DNA of 64,000 nt from Chthoniobacterales bacterium (GCA_035473775.1 DATINV010000099.1:5806-69805); one strand, 5' to 3'; counted from the stretch's first letter, positions 54,233-63,436 are shown. Numbers and translations: made by a program. Notes: generated from the letters alone by a model not told the origin.

Positions 54233-56479
54233 TCATTGCCCCTGGCTTCCCGGATCGAAGTTCAAATCAAATCCAAATTTGGGAAAAGCCTTGAGGCTGA
54301 AAGTCAGCAGAATGCCGTATTCCTTTTTGTTTCCGGTGTTGTCTCGAACGACCGCGCCAACGGACGCCACCCAATTCGTTAGGTCGCGATAAATGGCGTA
54401 ACGCTGTTCCTGGAAAATGCCGACGGTTCCTTCGTATTGCTCCTGAAATCCGAAGCCCCAGTTGTCACTGACCCGGTAATATCCTCCGACCACAAAGAGA
54501 CTGCTATGCTGGAAAAACGGATTGTCGTTCAGGTAGCGATGGCCCGCGTTGATTTGCAGATTGGCCGCCGGTTGAACGGAAAGGGTTGTGTTGACTTCAG
54601 TGAAACCGGAACTGAAGGCTGGAACCTGCGAATCAATCGAGAGCGAAGCCCAGGGCAACGGAGTGAAGCGCAGTTTGTTAAAAAAATTCGAGTAGGTGCG
54701 GCGGTCGTATGGATCGTCGAAGTTAACGTCGAAGAACGTGTCCAATTCCAGCCAGGTCACGGTGACGTCATCACGTCGCGTTTCCAAGCGATTGCGAATT
54801 CCATTGCGCCAGATCGTCCAGCTCGCAATCGAGTCGATCGTGGTAAACTGCGGGAAATCGATTGGACGTAACTGCGTCGACGGCTCAAACCGATCAAACT
54901 GCAAAATCGAAGAAGGGTCGAGTCCGTCTTCATGGACATATGAGAAATCCGAATACGGTTGGATGACATGAAGCAATCCATCCAACCCGAGGGTGCGGTT
55001 CGCGACGTCGTCCCAGGCGCGAGACAACTTGAAGGAGGCTTCGACGCCGGCGTCGTAAACGGTCCGCACTCCACTGCCGGCATCAATGATCGGATTTGCC
55101 GGGGTCGGGTCTTGAGGAATAAAATTTGGAATCAACGGATCCTGGCTGGTCGGAAATAAGGTGTTCCCGAGGTCGCGAGTCTTATCATAGTAGGTCGCCC
55201 GGAAGCCCGCGCGCGGCACCACGGACAGCCAGCCAAAGTAGGTGTTCGGATAAAGTAGCTGGTGAAACGTGTCGACTCGGGTCGCCCCGTAATCTTCAAA
55301 GCCGGAACCCTCCGCAAAACTGCGATGTAATTCGCCGAAGCTGCTCTCGCCTTCGTAATAAATCGGACCGCCGAATAAAGCATGACGTTTGATATCGAGC
55401 ACGACTTCTGGCAGACGCTCGGTTTGTTCGAAGAAATCGTTAGCTTGAAACCGCGCGGTAGCGGTAATCGTGTAGAACGGATCGGTTTTGGCCAAGGCGA
55501 TGACGTTGTCGGGGTTGGGATCAATTCGAAATTCGCTTTGATAGAAGTCCTGCATCAAGAACGCGTCACTTAATTTGGTCACATTGACGATCCCGTAGAT
55601 ATCTTTAGTGACCTGCGTCGTGTCCTGCACAGTCACCCGGTAGCGATTAGGGTCGAGCAGGGGGCGCTTGATTGCGGTCGGATTGATGTCCGGATTTTGG
55701 TCATCGGCGTAGTAAGTTTTGAGTTTGAGATTGCTGGACTTGTCCTTCCCGTAGTCAACGTCCGAATCGAAACCAATCGCGACCCCGCGACGTCCGCGAT
55801 AATCCAGCCGAAGCCGTCCCTTAATGTCATCCGTGATCGGAAAGGTAACTTGAGTGAGGAGCGAAGGTCCCCAGGAACTCAAATCGGCGGGCGCGATCGA
55901 AAAACTAAATGCATCATTGAGGGACTGATAAAGGTATGGCCACCAAAAGACCGGAACTTTGCCGATGTAAAAGGTCACGTTTTGAAACACGACGTGGTCG
56001 TTTTCATAAACACGGACCGTTCGCGCATGGAGGTGAAAATCCGGTCGCGGAGAATCGTCCGTCGTAAAAGTCGCGTCCTGCACGTGATAGACGTTGGCCG
56101 AACTTTCGTTGACGTTCTGCCCGCTGAGAAAATACGGGTGATATTCCGTTCGCACGTCGCTGGTGCGGATTTGTTTGGTGTCGACGTTATAAATACCTTC
56201 GTCGGCGACGTAGAGACTTACATCGCGATAAATTCGGACATTTCCCCGGACTAATACTTCGTGGGTGCGGGAGTTATATTGAGCAAAGTCGCCATAAATA
56301 TCGGTATCGCCAATGTGGATCGCGACGTTGTCCCGGGCGGTGGCGACCCCGTTATCGTAAGTCGTTTCGCCGCTGGAAGTAATCTCAACCGGGTCGTGTT
56401 GGGACGTACTGTTATTCGCCGCTCTTGCCAAGCCGGCCGCCCAAAACAAAAAAAAGACCCCCCAGACCAGCATTCGCAT
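54233..56479 (-). CDS. lptD: LPS-assembly outer-membrane protein LptD (OstA family)
   Basis: Start set at the ATG at 56479, giving the signal peptide MRMLVWGVFFLFWAAGLARA. An OstA-like N-terminal beta-jellyroll (..GETTYDNGVATARDNVAIHIGD..) is followed by a very large beta-barrel region rich in aromatic-x-aromatic strands. Confidence 0.7.
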   Translation of the reverse strand: MRMLVWGVFFLFWAAGLARAANNSTSQHDPVEITSSGETTYDNGVATARDNVAIHIGDTDIYGDFAQYNSRTHEVLVRGNVRIYRDVSLYVADEGIYNVDTKQIRTSDVRTEYHPYFLSGQNVNESSANVYHVQDATFTTDDSPRPDFHLHARTVRVYENDHVVFQNVTFYIGKVPVFWWPYLYQSLNDAFSFSIAPADLSSWGPSLLTQVTFPITDDIKGRLRLDYRGRRGVAIGFDSDVDYGKDKSSNLKLKTYYADDQNPDINPTAIKRPLLDPNRYRVTVQDTTQVTKDIYGIVNVTKLSDAFLMQDFYQSEFRIDPNPDNVIALAKTDPFYTITATARFQANDFFEQTERLPEVVLDIKRHALFGGPIYYEGESSFGELHRSFAEGSGFEDYGATRVDTFHQLLYPNTYFGWLSVVPRAGFRATYYDKTRDLGNTLFPTSQDPLIPNFIPQDPTPANPIIDAGSGVRTVYDAGVEASFKLSRAWDDVANRTLGLDGLLHVIQPYSDFSYVHEDGLDPSSILQFDRFEPSTQLRPIDFPQFTTIDSIASWTIWRNGIRNRLETRRDDVTVTWLELDTFFDVNFDDPYDRRTYSNFFNKLRFTPLPWASLSIDSQVPAFSSGFTEVNTTLSVQPAANLQINAGHRYLNDNPFFQHSSLFVVGGYYRVSDNWGFGFQEQYEGTVGIFQEQRYAIYRDLTNWVASVGAVVRDNTGNKKEYGILLTFSLKAFPKFGFDLNFDPGSQGQ

Positions 56480-56547
56480 GGCGGACGCCGAACGTACTGT
56501 GTTGGCCCCCTCGTTGCAAAGGCAAAAGGAGGTAGGGCGCGGCCTGT

Positions 56548-57666
56548 TTAAGTCGATAATCGCAGCCCCGCCGCTTGCTGGTTTAGGCCGCACGCTAAAA
56601 CGATCGCACTCGAGCCACTCCTGCTTGCTGTCTCGGACAACCGAAGCCCTGCGTCCGTGGAGCCATGTGCCATTGGAGGAAGTTGTCCTTTTACCAGAGC
56701 TTGGCCGGCGATAATCACCTGCCAAAGGGCACTGGCTCCCACACTTTCGCCGATCGCCGGTTTGGGAGTGTAAACGGGCGAATGCGGCATCTGTTTCTTG
56801 ATCGCATCCCGCTCCGCTAGATCGACGAAAGTGCCGTTCGCACTGGCGACGATACAACCGTTTTGGTCGCGAAGGTCCCATAGAATCCGTTCAACTACCT
56901 CACCCGCGTTTCGTTGATGCGCGAAATTTCCACCGGCATTTATTGCGTCGACTTGGAGGGCTCCTTCGCGACCAAGTAACACAGCGCCCGCGCCTTCGCT
57001 CAGGATTGTGCCGTGCGGCCGATCCAAAAAAACTTCAATCGGCGGTGATGATCTGGTCAACCGCCATTTGCTATACGCATCGCAAAGTACCCAGTCCGCT
57101 TCTTCGGCGGCGACGACCAGACAGTAATCAACAGCGTTCGTTTCTAGAAGATCGCTCGCCATTTTGATTCCGAGGATTCCAACCGCTCCGTCGCCGACAA
57201 TTGTATAACTCGCACCCTCAACTCCGAGAATTGCGGCGAGGTGGCTGGCCGGAGCGTTAAATACCGTCTCGGGAAAAAGGAGAGGACTGGCGGACTGCGC
57301 GCCAGATTCGACAATGCCATGATAAAACCGTTTCGTGTAAATCACGCCGCCGTTCGAAACTGCGAAGATCAGCGCGAGTTTCGCCACGTCGATCTTAAGG
57401 CCCATCGACGTCGCCTCCGCGATCGCGTCGAGTCCAGCTGCCGCCGCGAAGCGTGAAATCGCGCTGGCTCGGCGGAGTCTCGAATGAGGCGGCAGATTGC
57501 GCACCGCTTCGGCCGGAACCAAAAACGCCTGGTACGTTTCGTTGCCTTCGTCGCGAGAAATTGTTTGCGCTGGCGATTCATCTCCGTGCAGCAAACGGTT
57601 CCAAACTTTGTCAACGCCACGTCCGAGCGGCGTGATCCAGCCCATCCCCGAGATGCGAGAGCTCAT
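56548..57666 (-). CDS. beta-ketoacyl synthase-like protein lacking the Cys-His-His triad (chain-length-factor-like partner)
   Basis: 372 aa with the thiolase-fold N-terminus ISGMGWITPLGRGVDKVWNRLL. The positions aligned with the partner's ACASG / HGTAT / GHSLG read GDGAVG / NGTFV / GESVG. Its start overlaps the upstream KS stop by 4 nt. Confidence 0.75.
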   Translation of the reverse strand: MSSRISGMGWITPLGRGVDKVWNRLLHGDESPAQTISRDEGNETYQAFLVPAEAVRNLPPHSRLRRASAISRFAAAAGLDAIAEATSMGLKIDVAKLALIFAVSNGGVIYTKRFYHGIVESGAQSASPLLFPETVFNAPASHLAAILGVEGASYTIVGDGAVGILGIKMASDLLETNAVDYCLVVAAEEADWVLCDAYSKWRLTRSSPPIEVFLDRPHGTILSEGAGAVLLGREGALQVDAINAGGNFAHQRNAGEVVERILWDLRDQNGCIVASANGTFVDLAERDAIKKQMPHSPVYTPKPAIGESVGASALWQVIIAGQALVKGQLPPMAHGSTDAGLRLSETASRSGSSAIVLACGLNQQAAGLRLST

Positions 57667-58889
57667 GCCGCCACTTTCCGGATCAGAACCGATGCATTCG
57701 TGCCGCCAAACCCAAACGAATTGGAAAGAACGATGTCGATCTTCGCGTCGCGCGATTCGTTGGCGACGATATTGAGAACCAGGCCGGGATCCGACGCGCG
57801 AAAATTAATGTTCGGCGGCAAGAATTGCGATTGCAGCGCAAGCAAACAAACGACCGCTTCGATCGCCCCGGCCGCGCCTAGAGAATGACCAATCATACTC
57901 TTGGTCGAACTGACCGGAACGTTTCCGAACAATTCTGAAATCGCCTTGCCCTCGGCCGCATCATTGAATGGCGTCGCGGTTCCATGGGCGTTGATGTAGT
58001 CCACTTTGTCTGGCGAGCAGTTAGCGCTTTGCAGCGCCAGTTCCATTGCGCGTCTTGGTCCGCTTCCGGATGGGTCGGGCTGCGTCAGATGATGATTATC
58101 GGTCGAAATTCCGTAGCCGAGGATTTCACCGATGATCTTCGCGCCTCGTTCCTTTGCGCTTTCCAAATTTTCCAGTGCCAGCACGGCTGCGCCTTCGCCC
58201 AGAACCATGCCGGTGCGGTCGCGGTCGAATGGTCTGCATTTTTCCGGTGTTGCGGCTTGTAGCGAATCGAACCCGACAAAAACTAATTCCGAGAGCGCAT
58301 CATATCCACCGGTCAGCACTCGCTGGCATTTTCCCGATCGGACGGATTCGAACGCTCGACCGATCGCATTGGTTCCGGACGCGCAAGCATTCGCAATCAC
58401 GAAACAGGGAGAGGAGATCTCGAATACTTTCAGCGCGTCAAGGACAGGTTTTTGGGGTGGGTAATTCGCGATCCATTCCGGCGAACGGCGCAGGTTCTGG
58501 TGCCGGTGTAGGGCGCGATAATAATCTTCGCCGAACGACATCCCGCCGCTAGTCGTGCCGATCACCGTCACTTCCGGTTTGAATTCGGGATCGCGGTCGA
58601 AGAGTTCCGTCATGGCTGCGATCATCATGTGCGAGGCCCGGTGCAGCCGCGCATTTTTGCGGCTATTCTCTCGGTTAGCGAGGAGACGCTGGTCGGGGAT
58701 TTGGGCGGCGGTTTTGCAGCGGCAGCTGGCGACGTCGAAGCGGGAAACGGCGGCTATGCAATCAGTGGCGTTACGGAGGGCTTGGAGGGTCTCGGCGAGG
58801 CCAAAACCCAGGGGACTGACGATTCCGGCGGCCACGACGGCTACGCGGCAGTTCTTACTTGTTCCGTTAAAGGCGTTACAACTCGACAT
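57663..58889 (-). CDS. fabF: beta-ketoacyl-ACP synthase II-like (FabF family)
   Basis: 408 aa with the active-site Cys in IANACASGTNAIG, and His residues in NAHGTATPFND and MIGHSLGAAG. The C-terminus reads NSFGFGGTNASV. Confidence 0.85.
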   Translation of the reverse strand: MSSCNAFNGTSKNCRVAVVAAGIVSPLGFGLAETLQALRNATDCIAAVSRFDVASCRCKTAAQIPDQRLLANRENSRKNARLHRASHMMIAAMTELFDRDPEFKPEVTVIGTTSGGMSFGEDYYRALHRHQNLRRSPEWIANYPPQKPVLDALKVFEISSPCFVIANACASGTNAIGRAFESVRSGKCQRVLTGGYDALSELVFVGFDSLQAATPEKCRPFDRDRTGMVLGEGAAVLALENLESAKERGAKIIGEILGYGISTDNHHLTQPDPSGSGPRRAMELALQSANCSPDKVDYINAHGTATPFNDAAEGKAISELFGNVPVSSTKSMIGHSLGAAGAIEAVVCLLALQSQFLPPNINFRASDPGLVLNIVANESRDAKIDIVLSNSFGFGGTNASVLIRKVAA

Positions 58890-59074
58890 GTCGCCCGTAG
58901 TTCGCCTGCGATTTTTGATTGCTTTCCAAATCGAAGCAATCTACACAATGACCCCGAAAGGAGAAAACAGCAGCTCGGAAGGTCCGCCGATTGTCACATA
59001 GAAAATAATCAGCGGCAATTTGATGTTCAACAGTGGGCACCAGCGTCCTGGCGGCGTTTTCCAGATTAGACTCA

Positions 59075-59407
59075 ATGGCAACCAAATTATACGTGGGAAA
59101 TCTCCCATTTAATACCACCGAAAACGAACTTCAGGAGCTTTTTTCACAAGCCGGCGCCGTGCAGGAAGTCATGCTGATGCAGGACAAATTCACCGGCAAA
59201 TCGCGCGGCTTCGCCTTTGTGACGATGGGCTCCGATGCAGATGCGCAAAAGGCGATCGCGGAGATCAATGGCAAGACCATGGAAGGTCGGGCCTTGACCG
59301 TGAACGAAGCGCGTCCACGCGAAGCGCGGCCGCCCGGCGGGGGTGGCGGTGGTTATGGTGGGGATCGGCGTCGTGATGGCGGCGGCGGTCAACGTCGCGG
59401 ACGTTAG
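59075..59407 (+). CDS. RRM-type RNA-binding protein with Gly/Arg-rich tail
   Basis: Start at the ATG at 59075. RNP-2 is KLYVGNL and RNP-1 is RGFAFVTM. The C-terminus reads PPGGGGGGYGGDRRRDGGGGQRRGR. Confidence 0.85.
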   Translation: MATKLYVGNLPFNTTENELQELFSQAGAVQEVMLMQDKFTGKSRGFAFVTMGSDADAQKAIAEINGKTMEGRALTVNEARPREARPPGGGGGGYGGDRRRDGGGGQRRGR

Positions 59408-59431
59408 TTCGTACCGTTTATAGATTTTAAA

Positions 59432-59464
59432 AAAGCGGTCGCTTCGGCGGCCGCTTTTTGTTTT
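59432..59464 (+). terminator. rho-independent terminator
   Basis: An 11-bp stem (AAAGCGGTCGC / GCGGCCGCTTT, with one G-U pair) closed by a TTCG tetraloop, running into TTTTTGTTTT. Confidence 0.7.
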
Positions 59465-59537
59465 GCACGGCCGGCGCCCGACCGGACCGCGAATCATTTA
59501 CGGATATAAGCTTTAAAAAATCACGGAGGGCTCCACT

Positions 59538-59921
59538 ATGGCTGACAGATCAGACGCACAACACAAAGAAGACATAGAAGTTCCACCAATCCCGAAGGAG
59601 ACCGCGGGCGCAGTGGCCGGGGCGGCCCTGGGAAGTGTCATGGGACTTCCTGGTGCGGTGGTGGGTGGAATCGTCGGCGCCATTGCTGGCAAAGCGGCTG
59701 GCGAAGGACGATTGAAGCCGGCAGTCAAGAAGGCCACCGCGCGCGTGTTTAAACCCGCGCCTAAGCCCGTCAAAAAAGCAGCGCGCAAGGTCGTAGCGAA
59801 AAGAAATCCAGCCCGAGGCGCAACCAAATCGCGGAAGCGCAAACCAACCAAGCGCGCCAAAGCGAAGCCGCGACGAAAATCGCCATCAGCGCGACGCACG
59901 ACAAAACGCCGTCGTCGTTAA
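59538..59921 (+). CDS. small protein with N-terminal glycine-zipper segment and Lys/Arg/Ala/Pro-rich histone-H1-like tail
   Basis: 127 aa. GGAGGG lies 7 nt upstream of the ATG. The N-terminal segment is GAVAGAALGSVMGLPGAVVGGIVGAIAGKAAG, followed by KPAVKKATARVFKPAPKPVKKAARKVVAKR..KRKPTKRAKAKPRRK..KRRRR. Confidence 0.55.
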   Translation: MADRSDAQHKEDIEVPPIPKETAGAVAGAALGSVMGLPGAVVGGIVGAIAGKAAGEGRLKPAVKKATARVFKPAPKPVKKAARKVVAKRNPARGATKSRKRKPTKRAKAKPRRKSPSARRTTKRRRR

Positions 59922-59962
59922 GCGACTGAGCTGCGTAAGGCTGAGCTTATACGCGGAAAAAG

Positions 59963-60046
59963 TGGGCAGGGCTGGATTCGAACCAGCGAAGGCGTAAAGC
60001 CAGCAGATTTACAGTCTGCCCCGTTTGGCCACTTCGGTACCTACCC
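59963..60046 (-). tRNA. tRNA-Tyr (anticodon GTA), class II with long variable arm; CCA not encoded
   Basis: The reverse complement reads GGGTAGGTACCGAAGTGGCCAAACGGGGCAGACTGTAAATCTGCTGGCTTTACGCCTTCGCTGGTTCGAATCCAGCCCTGCCCA. It has a 7-bp acceptor stem, the anticodon loop CTGTAAA and the T-loop GGTTCGAATCC. It is closely similar to bacterial tRNA-Tyr. Confidence 0.93.
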
Positions 60047-60070
60047 GCGACGGTTCTGGGGTCTTGATCT

Positions 60071-61255
60071 CTAGCTGAAAAACTGCGCGATGCAATTTAC
60101 TACGTAGTGCTGCGCTTCGCGCGGAATTTCCGGATAAATCGGCAGGGCTAAACTCTCGCGGGCTGCGCGTTCCGCTTCCGGAAAATCGCCGGCCTTGTAG
60201 CCCAGATATTCGAAACAAGGCTGCTCGTGCAGCGCCAGTGGATAATAAATCGCAGTTTCAACTTCTCGATCGGCCAGATGCCGGCGCAATTCGTCCCGGC
60301 GGGTCGATCGGATTACGTATTGGTGGTAAATGTGATGATTCGTTAGGCCGCTCTGGGCATAGAGTTCTACCGGAAGGTCAATTTTATTGTCTAATCCTAG
60401 GCCCTGAAATTCTTTGGTGTAGAAGCTGGCCGCTTCGCGCCGCGCTGCCGACCAACTGTCGAGATGCGGCAGTTTTACGTTCAGAATCGCCGCCTGGATT
60501 TCGTCCATTCGAAAATTGCCGCCGACAAAGTCGTGTCGATATTGTGCCCCCATTCCGTGATTGCGACATCGTCGAAGGCGCTCGGCGAATTGCTCGTTGC
60601 GGCCAACCACCAGACCGGCGTCGCCCGCGGCGCCGAGATTCTTGGAGGGATAGAAACTGAAGCAACCGACATCGCCCATTGTTCCCGCTTTGGCAGACCC
60701 GTTTGCCAGCGGAAATTCGGCGCCGATCGCTTGCGCGGCGTCTTCAATCAGAATCAAATTGTGCTCGCGCGCAACGGCGAGCATTTCGTTCATGTCGCAA
60801 CACAAACCAAAGAGATGAGCGGGAACTAGAGCGGCAATAATCTGCCGATTTTCGTTTACCAATTTGCCCTCCACGGTACGGCAATATTTTTCGACATAAC
60901 GTCGCAACGCTTTGGCGGAGATGTCGTAAGTGTTCGGCTCGATGTCGATAAACACCGGGGTTGCGCCCACCCGCGCGATGCAGCCGGCGGTCGCGAAAAA
61001 CGAATAGGCGGTTGTAATAATCGCGTCGCCGGGGCCGATTTCGTGCGCCATCAAGACTGCGAGAAGGGCATCGGTGCCGGATGAAACACCGACGGCGTAG
61101 GGGGAGCCGCAATAGGCTGCCGCGGCTTTCTCAAATTCGATCAATTTTGGGCCAAGGATGAAGCGTTGGCTCGACAACACCAGATCCGTCGCGGCGCGAA
61201 TCTCTTCCGACAGGGCGCGGTATTGCTCACTGAGGTCCAAAAGCCGGACTCGCAT
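60071..61255 (-). CDS. DegT/DnrJ/EryC1/StrS family PLP-dependent sugar aminotransferase
   Basis: 394 aa with GDAIITTAYSFFATA, IEDAAQAIGA and the PLP-Lys context FSFYPSKNLGAAGDAG. Confidence 0.88.
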   Translation of the reverse strand: MRVRLLDLSEQYRALSEEIRAATDLVLSSQRFILGPKLIEFEKAAAAYCGSPYAVGVSSGTDALLAVLMAHEIGPGDAIITTAYSFFATAGCIARVGATPVFIDIEPNTYDISAKALRRYVEKYCRTVEGKLVNENRQIIAALVPAHLFGLCCDMNEMLAVAREHNLILIEDAAQAIGAEFPLANGSAKAGTMGDVGCFSFYPSKNLGAAGDAGLVVGRNEQFAERLRRCRNHGMGAQYRHDFVGGNFRMDEIQAAILNVKLPHLDSWSAARREAASFYTKEFQGLGLDNKIDLPVELYAQSGLTNHHIYHQYVIRSTRRDELRRHLADREVETAIYYPLALHEQPCFEYLGYKAGDFPEAERAARESLALPIYPEIPREAQHYVVNCIAQFFS

Positions 61256-61353
61256 CGGTTTAGCTTGTCAGTTCCGCTCGAACGATCAATCCGAACTTTG
61301 GCTCCCCAGCCGTCCGATTGACCGATAACTTACGCTCAGCTACTCTTGGCAGC

Positions 61354-61533
61354 ATGTCTCTCTTGCGCGGACTATTCTGGCTCGCTCTCTTTGTCTTCTT
61401 CACATTTTGCTTCGTGGTTCTATTTGAATACGGCACGCACGATTTCATGACCGGTTTTCAAAAGGAATCCAATCGAATCAAGACGTTCGTCATGACGCAG
61501 GTTGGCAAAGAAAAGAAGCAGGAGAAAAAGTAG
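61354..61533 (+). CDS. small single-TM protein, unknown function
   Basis: 59 aa from the ATG at 61354 (MSLLRGLFWLALFVFFTFCFVVLFEYG..KEKKQEKK). There is no homology clue. Confidence 0.3.
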   Translation: MSLLRGLFWLALFVFFTFCFVVLFEYGTHDFMTGFQKESNRIKTFVMTQVGKEKKQEKK

Positions 61534-62409
61534 TTAGTCGACGAACTCAATTTCCGCCGGCTTGTCGACGTAACCGGCTTCCCGAGCGTCTCCTAGGAAT
61601 CTACGAATCGCGGCCCGCCCTTTGTCCCCGTAATCGCGCGTAAAATCGTTTACATACATACCGATGAATTTGTCGGCTAGTTGCTCGTTCATGTCGCGGG
61701 CGTAAGGCATCGAATGGGCGACTGCTTCGTCGCGGTGCGCCAGCCCGTAATCGATGCTTTCGCGCATGATCTCAAGGAGATCGTGCCGAACGTCCGACGG
61801 AATATCTTTTCGAATCACGTTTCCACCGAGAGGAAGCGGGAGATTCGTTTCTTGTTTCCACCACTCACCCAGATCGACAATTTTTTCAAAGCCTGACTTT
61901 GCGTAGGTCAATTGCCCTTCGTGAATAATTAAGCCCGCGCCAGCTTGGCCTTTGCTGACGGCATCGAAAATTTGGTCGAACGGAACGACAACGTATTTGA
62001 AATCACCGAGATAAAGTTTCAAGGCCAGGAATGCGCTGGTCATTGTTCCGGGGACCGCGATTACCTGCTCGCGCAGCCAATTTCGGATTTCGGCATTTTC
62101 GGTTGGGATTTGGGATTTGGCGTTCGGGGCTTTCCTGACAAGGAGTGGGCCGTACCCGTCGCCCATGCTTGCTCCACAGGGAAGCAACGCGTATTTGTTG
62201 GCGATGTAGGCGTAAGCGTGAATTGAAACGGCCGAAATGTGCAACTCGCCGCGCATCGCGCGTTCATTCAGGGTTTGGATGTCTTCCAAACGGTGTTCGA
62301 AGCGATATCCGCGAAGATCGATCTTATTCTTCGCGATCGCGTAAAACATGAAGGCATCGTCCGGATCCGGAGAATGTCCGAGAGTGAAAATTTCCGGCGC
62401 GCGCCACAT
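61534..62409 (-). CDS. menaquinone biosynthesis protein of the MqnA/MqnD family (futalosine pathway), MqnD-like
   Basis: 291 aa. LGHSPDPDDAFMFYAIAKNKID..LEDIQTLNERAMRGELHISAVSIHAYAY matches the VitK2_biosynth/periplasmic-binding-like fold signature. Confidence 0.65.
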   Translation of the reverse strand: MWRAPEIFTLGHSPDPDDAFMFYAIAKNKIDLRGYRFEHRLEDIQTLNERAMRGELHISAVSIHAYAYIANKYALLPCGASMGDGYGPLLVRKAPNAKSQIPTENAEIRNWLREQVIAVPGTMTSAFLALKLYLGDFKYVVVPFDQIFDAVSKGQAGAGLIIHEGQLTYAKSGFEKIVDLGEWWKQETNLPLPLGGNVIRKDIPSDVRHDLLEIMRESIDYGLAHRDEAVAHSMPYARDMNEQLADKFIGMYVNDFTRDYGDKGRAAIRRFLGDAREAGYVDKPAEIEFVD

Positions 62410-62501
62410 CGCCGCATGCTATCTGCCACCGCGACGGGCGCAACATCGGCTGACTTGATTGCTGTTTGCGTTGTCCAAATGCTTCCGATAGCGTCATTCA
62501 C

Positions 62502-63428
62502 ATGGCGAAGTCTGGACTCGGTAAAGGACTGAGCGCGTTAATCAGTTCTCAGCCGCGTTCGACAAGCTCCCACCACGGCGGGCAGGCAGGGCAAGCCGCA
62601 CCGCCACATGAGATGGTCGACGTCGGCGAGCAAGTCAGCAAAGTCCGGCTCGCCAGTATCGTTCCCAGTCCTTTGCAGCCACGCAAGGATTTTGGCGAGG
62701 AAGCGTTGCGGGAGTTGGTCGATTCGATTCGACAGCACGGAATCATTCAACCGCTCATTGTCCGTAGAGTGAATGGCGGTACTCACGAACTGATCGCTGG
62801 CGAGCGCCGCTGGCGCGCAGCCCAGGAGGTTGGTTTAACCGAAGTCCCAGTCATCATTCGTCCGGCCACTGATTTGGAAGTGCTGGAGCTTTCGTTGATC
62901 GAAAACCTGCAACGGAGTGACCTCAACCCGATCGAAGAAGCGCACGGCTACGCGCGGTTGCGGGATGAGTTCGGAATGAAACAGGAGGAAATCTCGCACA
63001 AGGTTGGCCGCAGCCGTGCTGCGATCGCGAACGCGATGCGTTTGCTCGATCTCCATCCGCAACTTCAAACTTGGGTGGCGCAGGATTTACTTTCGGTTGG
63101 GCATGCCAAAGTTTTGCTTGGAGTAAAAGCGCCGGAAGAACAGCTGCAGCTGGGCGAGACGATTGTGCGCCGCAGTTCGAGCGTGCGACAGACCGAACGA
63201 CTCGTCACACGGTTCCTGGGTGGTTGGAAAAAACGTCGGGGCAGTCCGCGGGTTGTCGTCAGCTCCGCGGCGATTGGCGATTTACAGGACAAACTTCGTC
63301 AGCATTTCGGCACGAATGTCACCATTCATCACACTCCTAAGCGGGGCCGAATCGAAATTGAATATTATGGTGACGACGATCTCCAACGTATCTTGAACAT
63401 CGTCGGTTTGAACGCCGTCGAGCGTTAA
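62502..63428 (+). CDS. parB: chromosome partitioning protein ParB (Spo0J)
   Basis: Start at the ATG at 62502 (MAKSGLGKGLSALI). ParB box motifs are GIIQPLIVR and ELIAGERRWRAA, and the HTH region is QEEISHKVGRSRAAIANAMRLL. Confidence 0.9.
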   Translation: MAKSGLGKGLSALISSQPRSTSSHHGGQAGQAAPPHEMVDVGEQVSKVRLASIVPSPLQPRKDFGEEALRELVDSIRQHGIIQPLIVRRVNGGTHELIAGERRWRAAQEVGLTEVPVIIRPATDLEVLELSLIENLQRSDLNPIEEAHGYARLRDEFGMKQEEISHKVGRSRAAIANAMRLLDLHPQLQTWVAQDLLSVGHAKVLLGVKAPEEQLQLGETIVRRSSSVRQTERLVTRFLGGWKKRRGSPRVVVSSAAIGDLQDKLRQHFGTNVTIHHTPKRGRIEIEYYGDDDLQRILNIVGLNAVER

Positions 63429-63436
63429 TTGCTCGA

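Noticed and set aside
56480-56881. 134-codon N-terminal extension of the lptD ORF. Similar extensions occur at 18754-18969 (SpeE-fold fusion), 9348-9458 (ribE), 40531-40680 (discoidin-like), 51548-51583 (aminopeptidase) and 24929-25000 (GT2).
   Set aside because: In each case an internal ATG gives a canonical N-terminus, either a signal peptide or a family-typical start. The extension is basic and low-complexity or overlaps a neighbouring feature. The 40531 start lies inside a terminator hairpin.
59922-60070. tRNA-Tyr as a possible integration hotspot or genomic island border
   Set aside because: No integrase, no phage or IS genes, and no direct repeat of the tRNA 3' half were noticed nearby. 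The flanking genes are ordinary.
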